A stretch of 64,000 nucleotides of DNA from Candidatus Magasanikiibacteriota bacterium. GTDB taxonomy: Bacteria > Patescibacteriota > Patescibacteriia > Magasanikbacterales > UBA922. The notes below the pieces were generated by a model. That model saw nothing but the letters and a program-made list of their open reading frames with translations, was not told where the DNA came from and made no database searches. Shown piece by piece: positions 1 to 8,612 of this stretch. Position numbers and translations under genes: made by a program. Where the stretch lies: positions 767 through 64,766 of the forward strand of contig JBDROX010000044.1 of assembly GCA_043809645.1 (NCBI GenBank), read 5' to 3'. Position 1 is the stretch's first letter; each line of letters starts with the position of its first letter.

Positions 1-590
1 TCTGGCTACACTGAAAAATGTTTTGAATTTAAGAAAGGAATCAATCGACAGTAAATCATCAGCCATTGAGTTTACATTGCCAACAGTAAACAAAGATATT
101 ATGCTTTGTGTAGAACAAAAAATGAAAGAAACGGAAAAACAACTTAAACAATTCAATCAACCCGTCCAAACTCTTCTCCAAACCATCCCCGGAGTTGGAC
201 CTCTTACGGCTGTCGCCTGTATTTCAGAGATAAAAGATATTACAAGATTTAAAAAAGCAAAACAACTCATCGCCTTCATCGGTATAGACCCAAAAGTACA
301 CTAATCCGGATCTTCCATAGATAAATACAGAAAGATATCCAAACGAGGCAGTAAAATACTCCGCACCCGACTTTACAACGCCTGTAGTGTTGCCACGCTC
401 CGTGACAATCAATTCAAACACCATTTCCAAAAGAAAAAAAGCCAAGGCAAGCCCCATAGAGTAGCTATAGTCGCCACCATGAATAAAATGGCCAAAGTTA
501 TCCATTCCGTATGGACAAACAACACTCCTTACCAAGAACCGAATCAAGAGAGATAATCATAAAAGAGAGGTTAAACCTCTCTTTTATACA
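1..590 (+). mobile_element. IS110-family insertion sequence, 3' part (5' end cut by window edge); terminator-like hairpin 556-580 after the transposase stop
   Basis: Translated frame carries typical IS110 transposase C-terminal motifs (IPGVGPLTAVACISEI...FIGIDPKVH-SGSS...GSKILRTRLYNA...GKPHRVAIVATMNKMAKVI); abuts a truncated copy of the local repeat family. Confidence 0.7.
2..550 (+). pseudogene. IS110-family transposase C-terminal region; single continuous frame with one in-frame TAA at 302-304
   Basis: Frame 2 is open from nt 2 to 550 except TAA at 302-304 (KVH*SGSS; family consensus has Q/H-SG here); N-terminus lies outside the window. Confidence 0.7.
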
Positions 591-594
591 CAGG

Positions 595-630
595 GTGGGC
601 TTGTGTGGGATATAGATAGTTGGGCGATGT
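595..630. repeat. Truncated copy (element Z, 3' arm only) of the attC-like repeat family: ...GGATATAGATAG-t-GTTGGGC-GATGT
   Basis: Matches the 3' arm consensus (stem1-3' / GTTRRRY / GATGT) of elements A-E; the 5' part is replaced by the IS110 sequence. Confidence 0.5.
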
Positions 631-670
631 AGCTACAAATACCTAATCCTTATTTGTGTTTAGTGTTATT

Positions 671-1159
671 TTACTTAGTGCTTTTGAAAGTTTTTCCAAT
701 GGCCTCAATCTCATTTAGCCTGTCAATTACATCTGGTTCTGGTTCCCAATTAATATAATACGAATAAACATTTTGGTTATCCTCTCCAATATATTTTTCC
801 ACCAAATGATTATACTGATCCCATTTTTCTTTTGGAACAATAACCAAAACAAATAGTGGCTTATCATCAAAGATAACATCAATGGCCATATTTGTTTCAA
901 ACCCATTTGTTTTATTATTCATTAAGTCTACGGTTCTATCAGAGGTTTTAAATCCGCGCCACGTGCTTGGAAATGTTAGCTCAAATTCGTATTTTTCATT
1001 CTTATATTTTTCAGAAGGGGTTAGTGATTGCTGGGTATTTTGTGGTGCAGGGATGATTGGCTGATTGGATTTACTGTTTATAAAAAAATATGTTGCTATT
1101 CCTGCCAGAATAACCATAACTCCTAAAATTGCAGTAACTATTTTTTTATTCATATTCAT
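671..1159 (-). CDS. Hypothetical signal-anchored/secreted protein (162 aa)
   Basis: N-terminal hydrophobic helix (IVTAILGVMVILAGIATYFF); no recognisable domain; flanked by 14/15-bp inverted repeats AGCTACAAATACC (636-650) / GGTATTTGTAGCT (1212-1224). Confidence 0.55.
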   Translation of the reverse strand: MNMNKKIVTAILGVMVILAGIATYFFINSKSNQPIIPAPQNTQQSLTPSEKYKNEKYEFELTFPSTWRGFKTSDRTVDLMNNKTNGFETNMAIDVIFDDKPLFVLVIVPKEKWDQYNHLVEKYIGEDNQNVYSYYINWEPEPDVIDRLNEIEAIGKTFKSTK

Positions 1160-1224
1160 TGTTATTAGTAGATTAATATTTTGTTATTGTGTCCAAAAAA
1201 TAAAATAAAGGGGTATTTGTAGCT

Positions 1225-1360
1225 ATTTCGTATAACGTTCGCGTGTATGCGATGTTTGCTGGCTGTATACTAACGCGAAGCGGTACAGCCAGCAAATATG
1301 GGTGCAGTGAGGAGGAGGTACGACGACGAACGGAACCGCATATTCTGTGTTGTACGATGT
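1225..1360. repeat. attC-like structured element A (136 bp): ATTTC-GTATAAC-GTT / stem1 / stem2 TTGCTGGCTGTA...TACAGCCAGCAA / ATATGGGTG / ...AACC-stem1' / GTTGTAC-GATGT
   Basis: Conserved ends and central motif shared with B-E; perfect 12-bp inner inverted repeat 1256-1267/1284-1295. Confidence 0.6.
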
Positions 1361-1394
1361 AATGAAAAATTTATCCATTAAAAATTATTTGGGG

Positions 1395-2213
1395 CTACTT
1401 TTTTGGGTAAGGAATTGGGAAAACTCCTTTTAACTTCATGACGGCGGGTGAAGCAGTTTTTGCATTCACTTTTGCCATAAAGTTGTACTTTTCAAGTGTT
1501 GTAAGCTCACTCGGATTCATTTCTGGGTGATATTTGTTGATTAAATTGGCCGTATCCATATCAACTAAATAACAGATTACATGGTTGGCCGCTTCAAGCA
1601 AACGATCAATAACGTCTGTTCGGTAAAGCTTGGCGAATTGGTCTAACAGGATACACGAAAAGCCTTTTTCTTTGATTTGTGCGATTTGCTGGAATACTTC
1701 TTCATCTAAAAAGTTATGAGCTTCGTCGATTGCGAGTGTGCGATTGTCACTGCCAACAACTTGCAAAAACTGTTTCACCAGGTAAGTGCCGAGCTTTTTT
1801 GTAACGTCTTCATCTAAAGTCTTGTAGTCCAGTCTGCATAGGAGAAACTTTTGGTCGTCTTTTTGCATTTCCATAAAGTCAATTTCTTTCTGGAACCTTG
1901 CCACATTTTCATCAAAGGTTCCTGTTTGCGCTTCAAATACTGTAACTTTGTCTGCCTTGCCTGCCGGAATATACGCTTGTATATCTCTAATGAGATCACC
2001 GTGAGGCTCAATGAGAATGCCTCCTCTTCCGTTGTAGATGTCCGAAATAATAATGTTTTCGATTGTTACAGATTTGCCTTGGCCTGAATGACCAAATAAA
2101 TACATGATTCCAGAACGTTCTTCTGAAGAAAGACTAAAAGTTTCTCCGTTTTCTAGTACACCAATTAGTGATAATCCTTCTTTGATGATGTTTTCCATAG
2201 TGTTTGTATGCAT
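1395..2213 (-). CDS. P-loop NTPase, HerA/FtsK/VirB4-like (Walker A GHSGQGKS, Walker B/DEAH-like AIDEAHNF), short form (272 aa)
   Basis: Motifs read directly from the translation; family assignment approximate. Confidence 0.55.
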   Translation of the reverse strand: MHTNTMENIIKEGLSLIGVLENGETFSLSSEERSGIMYLFGHSGQGKSVTIENIIISDIYNGRGGILIEPHGDLIRDIQAYIPAGKADKVTVFEAQTGTFDENVARFQKEIDFMEMQKDDQKFLLCRLDYKTLDEDVTKKLGTYLVKQFLQVVGSDNRTLAIDEAHNFLDEEVFQQIAQIKEKGFSCILLDQFAKLYRTDVIDRLLEAANHVICYLVDMDTANLINKYHPEMNPSELTTLEKYNFMAKVNAKTASPAVMKLKGVFPIPYPKK

Positions 2214-2218
2214 ATGAA

Positions 2219-2270
<52 letters not shown>

Positions 2271-2318
2271 TAAATTGTAAAAAAAGTAGCCCCAAATACA
2301 TTATAATAATTTTTCATT

Positions 2319-2406
2319 ATTTCGTACAACGTTTCTGGCTATGCGATGTTGCGTTAGCAATATGGGTGAAGCGAAGCGGAACCGCATAGCCAGTGTTAAG
2401 TGATGT
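2319..2406. repeat. attC-like structured element B (88 bp): ATTTC-GTACAAC-GTT / stem1 CTGGCTATGCG...CGCATAGCCAG / TTGC-gtta-GCAA / TATGGGTG / GTTAAGT-GATGT
   Basis: 11/11 complementary outer stem 2335-2345/2383-2393; conserved boxes as in A, C-E. Confidence 0.6.
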
Positions 2407-2407
2407 T

Positions 2408-3016
2408 TCAATGAGAGCCCACCACTTTTAGCACAGGCTTCACATACTCATAAAATGGCTCAAACTCTGTATAAAGGTAAGCGTCTATTCCTGCCAGTTT
2501 TGCTCCCTCAACATGTGAAGCCGTATCATCAGTATACAAGATTTTGTCTTTATTAACGCCGAGCTCTCGGAAAATAAATTCATAAAATTCTGCCTGAGGT
2601 TTTTTGCTGCCAATTTCAGCGGAAGAAAAAATGCCGTCGAACAATTTTTCAAAGCCCATTTCATTTCTCATGTACTGTGTTCGGTATTTTTCTTGGTTGG
2701 TTGCCAGATAACACGAGACGGCATTTTTTCGTAACTCTCGAATTAAATCTACTACTTTTTGATCTGTTTTGTGCTCATATTGGAACCATTGCAGCAAAAA
2801 ACCGTCTACATCTCCATCCCATTTCCACTTTTTGAGCCACGGAACAATAACTTCCTTCAAGTCAGCTCTGCCTGTGAGGCACTCTTGAAAAATGCCTTTG
2901 TAGAAAGGAAGCATGTCGTCTGGAGATAAGCCTTGTGTTTGTTGGTAGTGAGTGCCGAACATCTCGGAGCGAATGACTACGCCGTCAGCATCAAAAAGTA
3001 TTACTTGTTTGTTCAT
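2408..3016 (-). CDS. HAD-superfamily hydrolase
   Basis: N-terminal DxDG motif (ILFDADGVV), conserved HAD motifs III/IV (SKKPQ...YTDDT). Confidence 0.8.
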   Translation of the reverse strand: MNKQVILFDADGVVIRSEMFGTHYQQTQGLSPDDMLPFYKGIFQECLTGRADLKEVIVPWLKKWKWDGDVDGFLLQWFQYEHKTDQKVVDLIRELRKNAVSCYLATNQEKYRTQYMRNEMGFEKLFDGIFSSAEIGSKKPQAEFYEFIFRELGVNKDKILYTDDTASHVEGAKLAGIDAYLYTEFEPFYEYVKPVLKVVGSH

Positions 3017-3061
3017 AAGAATTTTATGAATTTATTTTACAGAGATGTGGCTCTCATTGAA

Positions 3062-3214
3062 ATTTCACTTAACGTTCGCGTGTATGAGAAGTTTCGCCGA
3101 CTTCCTTATTATTTTAACATAGAGGAGGCGAAATTTGGGTGAAATAAAAAGTGCAACCGCTTAAAATCATTACCGCACTTTTTCTTGAACCTCATACACG
3201 CTGTTAGGCGATGT
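3062..3214. repeat. attC-like structured element C (153 bp): ATTTC-ACTTAAC-GTT / stem1 CGCGTGTATGAG...CTCATACACGC / TTTCGCC...GGCGAAA / TTTGGGTG / GTTAGGC-GATGT
   Basis: Outer stem 3077-3088/3191-3201 complementary; both core boxes fit RYYYAAC / GTTRRRY. Confidence 0.6.
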
Positions 3215-3220
3215 AAAATC

Positions 3221-3697
3221 TTATAAATAAAATTCTCCCAGAAGTTGAAAAATTTCTTCACTGCCAGTTTGCATTTCTTCTTTTTTTATCGATTTCAAAT
3301 CTATCCAACGTGGTTTTTCCGATTCATCTTCTTGATCTACTTTATCGTCATCTAATAATTTAGTAGTTACTGCTTTACAGAGATAAAAAAAGGACAAATT
3401 CTGGTACGCCTCATCTAATGGCTCATAATAGAAAAATACTTCCTGAAATTTGAGAAATTTTTCAACTTCTATTTCAATGCCCGTTTCTTCGCGTACTTCA
3501 CGTTTAATTGCATCCTCAAGTTTTTCCCCCAAATCAACACCACCACCCGGAAACCAATATTTACCAGTACTCTTAGTGTTACACAGTAATACTTTTCCAT
3601 TATTAATAATGATTGCATATCCAGCAGGACGAAAAACCAGCTTATCTTTTGCAATCATCTTTTTATCACCATGTAAAGTTGTACATTCTACTAGCAT
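3221..3697 (-). CDS. NUDIX hydrolase
   Basis: Nudix box GGGVDLGEKLEDAIKREVREETGIE. Confidence 0.85.
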   Translation of the reverse strand: MLVECTTLHGDKKMIAKDKLVFRPAGYAIIINNGKVLLCNTKSTGKYWFPGGGVDLGEKLEDAIKREVREETGIEIEVEKFLKFQEVFFYYEPLDEAYQNLSFFYLCKAVTTKLLDDDKVDQEDESEKPRWIDLKSIKKEEMQTGSEEIFQLLGEFYL

Positions 3698-3730
3698 AGG
3701 GCATTGAAATTATTTTATTTATAAGATTTT

Positions 3731-3846
3731 ATTTCGTCTAACGTTTGCGTATATCTGATGTTGACCGGTGATAAGATACGCTGAAAGCGTATCGCCGGTC
3801 AATATGGGTGAGCGTAGCGAACCAGATATACGCTGTTAGCTGATGT
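3731..3846. repeat. attC-like structured element D (116 bp): ATTTC-GTCTAAC-GTT / stem1 GCGTATATCTG...CAGATATACGC / stem2 TTGACCGGTGATA...TATCGCCGGTCAA / TATGGGTG / GTTAGCT-GATGT
   Basis: Two nested perfect inverted repeats; stop codon (TAA) of the upstream minus-strand ORF lies inside the right-hand core box. Confidence 0.65.
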
Positions 3847-4402
3847 GCGCTTTTATTTTCTTTATAAAATCTGGCATTAACATTTCTAATTTCATGATAC
3901 TGTTCTGCAAAATTTCATCATAGATTTTTATTCTGGTTTCATAATTAGTCATTGCTCCATTATTAACTCTGTAACTTTCTCTACTTTGTATAGTTTCATT
4001 TATCTCGTTTGTAAGTTTTGTTATTTTTCTCATTTCTTCAAGTAAATCTGCTTGGTTTTTAAATAAGCTGGGACAATTCATTGTTAAAAAAGAAGAGAAG
4101 TCACCGTTTAGTTTAACTAGAGGCTTTACAATTATTTTTTTTTGTTCGAGAACATTTAGTTCTTGTAAGATTGTCTGCTTATTATCTTTAAGTTCTGAAA
4201 TATTTGTCTCTAATTCATGCGCGATTGTAGTTAAACTATTTTTTTCTTGTTTAATTGATTTATATTTGTCCCAAGCAATCGTTAGGGCAACTCCAATTAA
4301 TGCGACAATTACACCAGTAAAAAAAGAAAAATAATCAAAACTTACTGTGTTTTGCACAGGGGTATTATTTGGCTTCCATTCTGATATAGTTAAATTTTGC
4401 AT
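3836..4402 (-). CDS. Hypothetical membrane-anchored coiled-coil protein (188 aa)
   Basis: One TM helix (FFTGVIVALIGVALTIAW) followed by coiled-coil-rich sequence; no recognisable domain. Confidence 0.5.
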   Translation of the reverse strand: MQNLTISEWKPNNTPVQNTVSFDYFSFFTGVIVALIGVALTIAWDKYKSIKQEKNSLTTIAHELETNISELKDNKQTILQELNVLEQKKIIVKPLVKLNGDFSSFLTMNCPSLFKNQADLLEEMRKITKLTNEINETIQSRESYRVNNGAMTNYETRIKIYDEILQNSIMKLEMLMPDFIKKIKAHIS

Positions 4403-4426
4403 GTCTAATTGATTTTATAAAAGCGC

Positions 4427-4568
4427 ATTTCAGCTAAACGTATCCAAATATCTGAAGTTTGCTGGAGTGTAACGAAAGCAAATTTGGGTCGAAAAAGTTT
4501 TGCGTTCCTTAATTTAAAAATCTAATAAGGCAAAACTTTTGAGCCAGATATTTGGTGTTGTGTGATGT
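4427..4568. repeat. attC-like structured element E (142 bp): ATTTC-AGCTAAAC / stem1 CCAAATATCTG...CAGATATTTGG / TTTGCT...AGCAAA / TTTGGGTC / GTTGTGT-GATGT
   Basis: Outer stem 4444-4454/4545-4555 fully complementary; most divergent member. Confidence 0.55.
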
Positions 4569-4587
4569 TGCCAAAAAGCTTCGTTGT

Positions 4588-4962
4588 TTATTGATCAATA
4601 ACTTTGTCTGTTTTCAAAACCTCTCGTTTGTCTTCACCTGTCGGCACTTGCTTGATAACTAGAAACTTCACAATTTCGCTAGTATGATTGATGAAGGTGT
4701 GCGGGGTGCTTTCTGTCTCAATCAAATCACCAGCTTTGACGATCTGACTTTCGATTTTATCGCCGACCTTCCACTCAGCAGTAAGTTCGCCTTCGATAAT
4801 ATACAAACTTTCCAAAATCTTCTCGTGGTGATGCCAGGTTTGAGTTGACCCCGCCACCTGCTCGTTGTAGTGCAATTCATACTCTTGGCGAAGATAATAG
4901 CGAACGTTTGTCCCTTCGGGTTTTGAAACAGACAAAGATTCCTCACGTTTAATTATTTTCAT
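4588..4962 (-). CDS. Cupin-domain protein (124 aa)
   Basis: Cupin motifs (HHHEKILESLYIIEGEL ... GDLIETESTPHTF). Confidence 0.7.
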   Translation of the reverse strand: MKIIKREESLSVSKPEGTNVRYYLRQEYELHYNEQVAGSTQTWHHHEKILESLYIIEGELTAEWKVGDKIESQIVKAGDLIETESTPHTFINHTSEIVKFLVIKQVPTGEDKREVLKTDKVIDQ

Positions 4963-4998
4963 AGCACTAATCTTATTTTTTAGAAAAGCTTTTTGGCA

Positions 4999-5010
4999 AT
5001 TTCGTACAAC
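4999..5010. other. Isolated left-end box of the repeat family (ATTTC-GTACAAC = GTTGTAC-GAAAT on minus strand) with no partner arm: attI-like half-site at the head of the cassette array
   Basis: Only the 12-nt conserved end is present; the following sequence diverges from all elements. Confidence 0.4.
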
Positions 5011-5097
5011 TATGTATATACCAACTTCTAAATATTTTTGCTGAGTTATAGTATAATTTACTCAGATAATTCCATTCAGAAGGTGGTTATGAATGGA

Positions 5098-5125
5098 ATT
5101 ATATCATGTGTGATATTGTCGGCAA
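5098..5125 (-). promoter_or_regulatory. sigma70-like promoter on minus strand (TTGCCG-N16-TATAAT) pointing into the cassette array
   Basis: Perfect -10 hexamer and 4/6 -35 hexamer with 16-nt spacer, 136 nt upstream of the first cassette ORF. Confidence 0.45.
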
Positions 5126-5145
5126 ACTATCTTTATTATCAATTC

Positions 5146-5233
5146 TTATAAGCCTTCCCCCTAGCCTCTATATACTTCTTGGCTTCCAGTAGAGGGTTAT
5201 CTGCCTTGTAGATGCCTCGCCCAACAATAATAA
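5146..5233. repeat. Direct-repeat copy 1 of the 3' end of the pyrD-E-F fusion gene (encodes a variant C-terminus ...IIVGRGIYKADNPLLEAKKYIEARGKAYKN*)
   Basis: 62 bp identical plus about 30 bp similar to 6087-6174. Confidence 0.8.
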
Positions 5234-5280
5234 GGTATTGCAGTTATACAAGTCAGTTACTTAGTCATCAATTTAATTTT

Positions 5281-5984
5281 TTAATGAATACAATCTTTAT
5301 AAATTGAAGTGAGACCTGTAAATGAAAATAATTGATAATCAATTTCATTTAAAAATCTATGAATTTTTGTATTGCTATTTTGAAGAGATAGATCGTCGTC
5401 CTCAATGATAATTACTTTTGGTCTAAATTTTTCCCAATCATTACTCTTTAGGACATCAAAATTATTTCCTTCAACATCTATTGTTATGAAATCAATTTTT
5501 TGATTTCCTGGCATATGTTTACTTAAAATAATTTTCAACGGCAAGCATTTTATTGACCTTTCCTCAATAAAACGAATATATTTTTTTTAACATGATTTCT
5601 TTCTGTTCATGGTTAAAGGTGTTGCAACTTTTATGATTAAAGACATAATATTTTAAATTATTTTCATCCAAGGCAACACCATAATTTAAATTAATATCTC
5701 TTCTTCTGCTTCTATTAAAATATTTAATACTTTCAATATTGGGCTCAATATTTAGACCTTTCCAACCTTTCTTATAAAAAAAATTAGTATTAGAATAATG
5801 TTTGGGGTGGTATGCTCCAACATCAACATAAAAACCATCTTTTTTATTTCTAAAAAGATTTTCTATTAAAATGTCTTCACCAGATTGTGAATTTTTTTTG
5901 TAAATGTTCTAAAGAAAAAATTTTTGATATTTATAAGATTAAATAAATATTTATTTTCAATATTTATCAAAGACTCTTTTGCTC
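5281..5984 (-). pseudogene. FkbM-family methyltransferase disrupted by two 1-nt frameshifts, each in an A8/T8 homopolymer (about 5589 and about 5891)
   Basis: Three frame segments together give MKDRAKESLINIE...SQSGEDILIENLFRNKKDGFYVDVGAYHPKHYSNTNFF...KIDFITIDVEGNNFDVLK, characteristic of FkbM methyltransferases. Confidence 0.65.
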
Positions 5985-6067
5985 TATCTTTCATATTTTT
6001 TAATACTTCATTGAAAAAATAGAACGTGGCTAAATTATACTACTCTTGCTAGAGTAGTCAATACAAA

Positions 6068-8602
6068 TTATCTTCGAATTCTCTCCTTATATCCTCTCCA
6101 CCCAGCCTCTCTATACTTCTTGGCTTCCAGTAGAGGGTTATCTGCCTTGTAGATGCCTCGCCCAACAATAATAATGTCGCTGTCGTGCTCACCAATAATC
6201 TTCTCAGGAGTATTATATTGCTGACCGAGGTTATCTATGCCTGTATCCAGTTTAACACCTGGTGTCATGTTTAGAAAGCCTGGATCATCAAGCTGCTTCT
6301 TCATGGCGATGAAGCCAATTACAAAATCCTTATTCTTCCCAGCCATTTTCATTGTCTCCTCTGTATAACTTCCTGTCGCCAGGTTTCCACTTGAGCTCAT
6401 TTCAGATAGGAGGAGTAGGCCTCTGCCTTTTGGCATGCCGACTTCCCTGAGCCCGTCGATGATTCCTGGGCCTGGGACTGTGTGTGCGTTCACAATATCT
6501 GCCCAGTCAGAAATGTGGTACACACCTTTCTCATATTGCTGCTTCACAGTGTTTCCAATATCTGCAAATTTTCTGTCTTCGAAGATCATGAAGTTGTAGA
6601 TTTCTGCGAATCTCTTGAGTTCTGCTACGAGGTGTTCATCGAAGTCCTCGACAATGTCGATATGTGTTTTGAATAGACAGATTTCTGGGCCTAGCATATT
6701 GGCGAGGGTCAGGAGTTCGTACTTAGTCGTCACATCTGCTGCCACGCAGAGATTGGTTTTCTTGTCTTCCATGATGTTGAAGAGCCGTTTTGCACTCGGG
6801 TTTGTACAGAGCATTGCTCGGTCGCCGTAGGAAAGTCTTGTTTTATTAGGCTTACTTATTTTTTTAGGAGTTACCTGATTCTCTCGCAGAAAATTCTGAA
6901 CTCGGTCGTACATTTCTCTATCAATATTGTCTGCATTCAGGAGATTTGTAAGAAGTTCATCCATGGTGATTACAGCATGCGCCGTGTAACCTCGCTTTTC
7001 AATATTTTTTCTTCCACCATGTTGTCTGTCGAGGAGGACTACAATATCGTGGACACGGAGTCCTTCTGCCTCAAGTGGTTCCACTGTTTCAAAAACACTA
7101 GAGCCGCTAGTAATGAGGTCTTCGACCACAAGGCAAGTATTTCCTGTGTCAAAAGTACCCTCTATCGTTTGCTTCGTTCCATACACCTTCACTTCTTTCC
7201 TTCTCATGACCATTGGCTTGTTATGTGCCAGAGATAGTGCTGTGGCTATTGGGAGGGCTGTGTATGGGACACCACAGACACAGTCGAACTGGACATCATT
7301 TACCTTCTCCCACATCATGTCGGCGACCAGGGAAAGGATTTCTGGGTAGGAGACAATGACGCGTAGGTCAATATAGATAGGGGAGGTGATACCACTCTTC
7401 AGTGTGAACTCACCAAATTTGATAGCGTCGATCTCAAAGAGCTTTTGAATCAGAAATTCTTTTTTTGAGGCTATGAGTACTTGTTCAATAAGATCTGGCT
7501 TTAGTCCTACTTCGCTTGCCAGTCCTTCATGATATCTCATGGCAAGGTATGGATCCCACATCATACCAGTCGCGCTCATAGCTACGTCTGCACCGCGACC
7601 CAGCATTTCGTCGAAGTGTTCTGGCTTCGTGATTCCACCAACGCCAATGAGCGTGAGGTCGAGATGTTCTTCTTTGATAATCTTTCTTGCTTTTGAAATA
7701 AAGTCATAGGCGTGGTTTCTGATTGGTCCACCACAAACTCCGCTAGTCTCGCGACCTTCTCCAAGCGCCGGTTTTCCATTTTCATCAATCACTTTTCTTC
7801 CAATAGTATTGATACCACTAATTGCGCGTGCGCCACCTCTTGCTGCAGCCAAGAAGATGTCGCGCATGAATTCATTGTTTTCAAATACACCGACTTTGAT
7901 GATGAGTGGGATGTGTCCAATTTCTTTTGTAATCTTTGAGCAAATTTCTTCTACTGTATCTGGGTTTGTGTAGATACTTCCTTCTCCACTGCAGACATTT
8001 GGACAGGAGAAGTTCGCTTCTATGATTTTCGCTCCAGCATCTCTGGCAAGGGCTGCTGTCTTTACAAAGTCCTCTGTGAAGTCTTCTCCAGGAGTTGGTG
8101 TGCCGACGATAGAGACGACAAGTACTTGTCCGTCTCGAAGAGATGCGTTGGCTGCTTTGATATCTTTGATAAGAGTTTCGTTTCCAGAGCTTGGCATGCC
8201 AAAAGAATTCGTAATAGCAAAAGAATCCATTGAGTCAGTCTGGTGTGTTGTTTGTTGGAGTGGTGCATTATCGCTACCATCTAGATTTTCTGGAGCTATA
8301 TAGACAATATTCGGATGTGGGTGACCAGCATACTCTCGGTTTCGAATGGTTTTGTATGTGATGATATCGAACCCAAGGTGGGATGCGAGCGCGGTCCACT
8401 TTGACGTGAGGAGTGGGCCGGCTGGAACACCGATAGGAGATCGAACTTTGTAGCCCAGAAAATCAATGGCCGGTTTTTTTGATTTAGGTCTTTCTGGAAT
8501 GCTGCCTTCAAAAAAAGGACCATGCGCTGCGTTGTATTCGTAACTCTTGTGAATATCGTAGAGTGGGGGATTCTTTGGAAACCACTGCGGAATCTTGGTC
8601 AT
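6068..8602 (-). CDS. pyrDEF: Tri-functional fusion: class-1-type dihydroorotate dehydrogenase (PyrD) + orotate phosphoribosyltransferase (PyrE) + OMP decarboxylase (PyrF), 844 aa
   Basis: N-term DHOD motifs (GVPAGPL, NFSCPN with Cys base, GVGGI); middle OPRTase PRPP loop (LVVEDLITSGSS); C-term ODCase motifs (DRKFADIGNTV, IIIVGRGIY). Confidence 0.85.
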   Translation of the reverse strand: MTKIPQWFPKNPPLYDIHKSYEYNAAHGPFFEGSIPERPKSKKPAIDFLGYKVRSPIGVPAGPLLTSKWTALASHLGFDIITYKTIRNREYAGHPHPNIVYIAPENLDGSDNAPLQQTTHQTDSMDSFAITNSFGMPSSGNETLIKDIKAANASLRDGQVLVVSIVGTPTPGEDFTEDFVKTAALARDAGAKIIEANFSCPNVCSGEGSIYTNPDTVEEICSKITKEIGHIPLIIKVGVFENNEFMRDIFLAAARGGARAISGINTIGRKVIDENGKPALGEGRETSGVCGGPIRNHAYDFISKARKIIKEEHLDLTLIGVGGITKPEHFDEMLGRGADVAMSATGMMWDPYLAMRYHEGLASEVGLKPDLIEQVLIASKKEFLIQKLFEIDAIKFGEFTLKSGITSPIYIDLRVIVSYPEILSLVADMMWEKVNDVQFDCVCGVPYTALPIATALSLAHNKPMVMRRKEVKVYGTKQTIEGTFDTGNTCLVVEDLITSGSSVFETVEPLEAEGLRVHDIVVLLDRQHGGRKNIEKRGYTAHAVITMDELLTNLLNADNIDREMYDRVQNFLRENQVTPKKISKPNKTRLSYGDRAMLCTNPSAKRLFNIMEDKKTNLCVAADVTTKYELLTLANMLGPEICLFKTHIDIVEDFDEHLVAELKRFAEIYNFMIFEDRKFADIGNTVKQQYEKGVYHISDWADIVNAHTVPGPGIIDGLREVGMPKGRGLLLLSEMSSSGNLATGSYTEETMKMAGKNKDFVIGFIAMKKQLDDPGFLNMTPGVKLDTGIDNLGQQYNTPEKIIGEHDSDIIIVGRGIYKADNPLLEAKKYREAGWRGYKERIRR
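6087..6174. repeat. Direct-repeat copy 2 (native 3' end of the pyrD-E-F fusion gene)
   Basis: See 5146-5233. Confidence 0.8.
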
Positions 8603-8612
8603 ACCTATGGTG

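Noticed and set aside
5130-6068. Integron integrase adjacent to the cassette array
   Set aside because: The only coding remnants between the array head and the pyr genes belong to an FkbM methyltransferase; no tyrosine-recombinase motifs (R..H..R..Y) occur in any frame.
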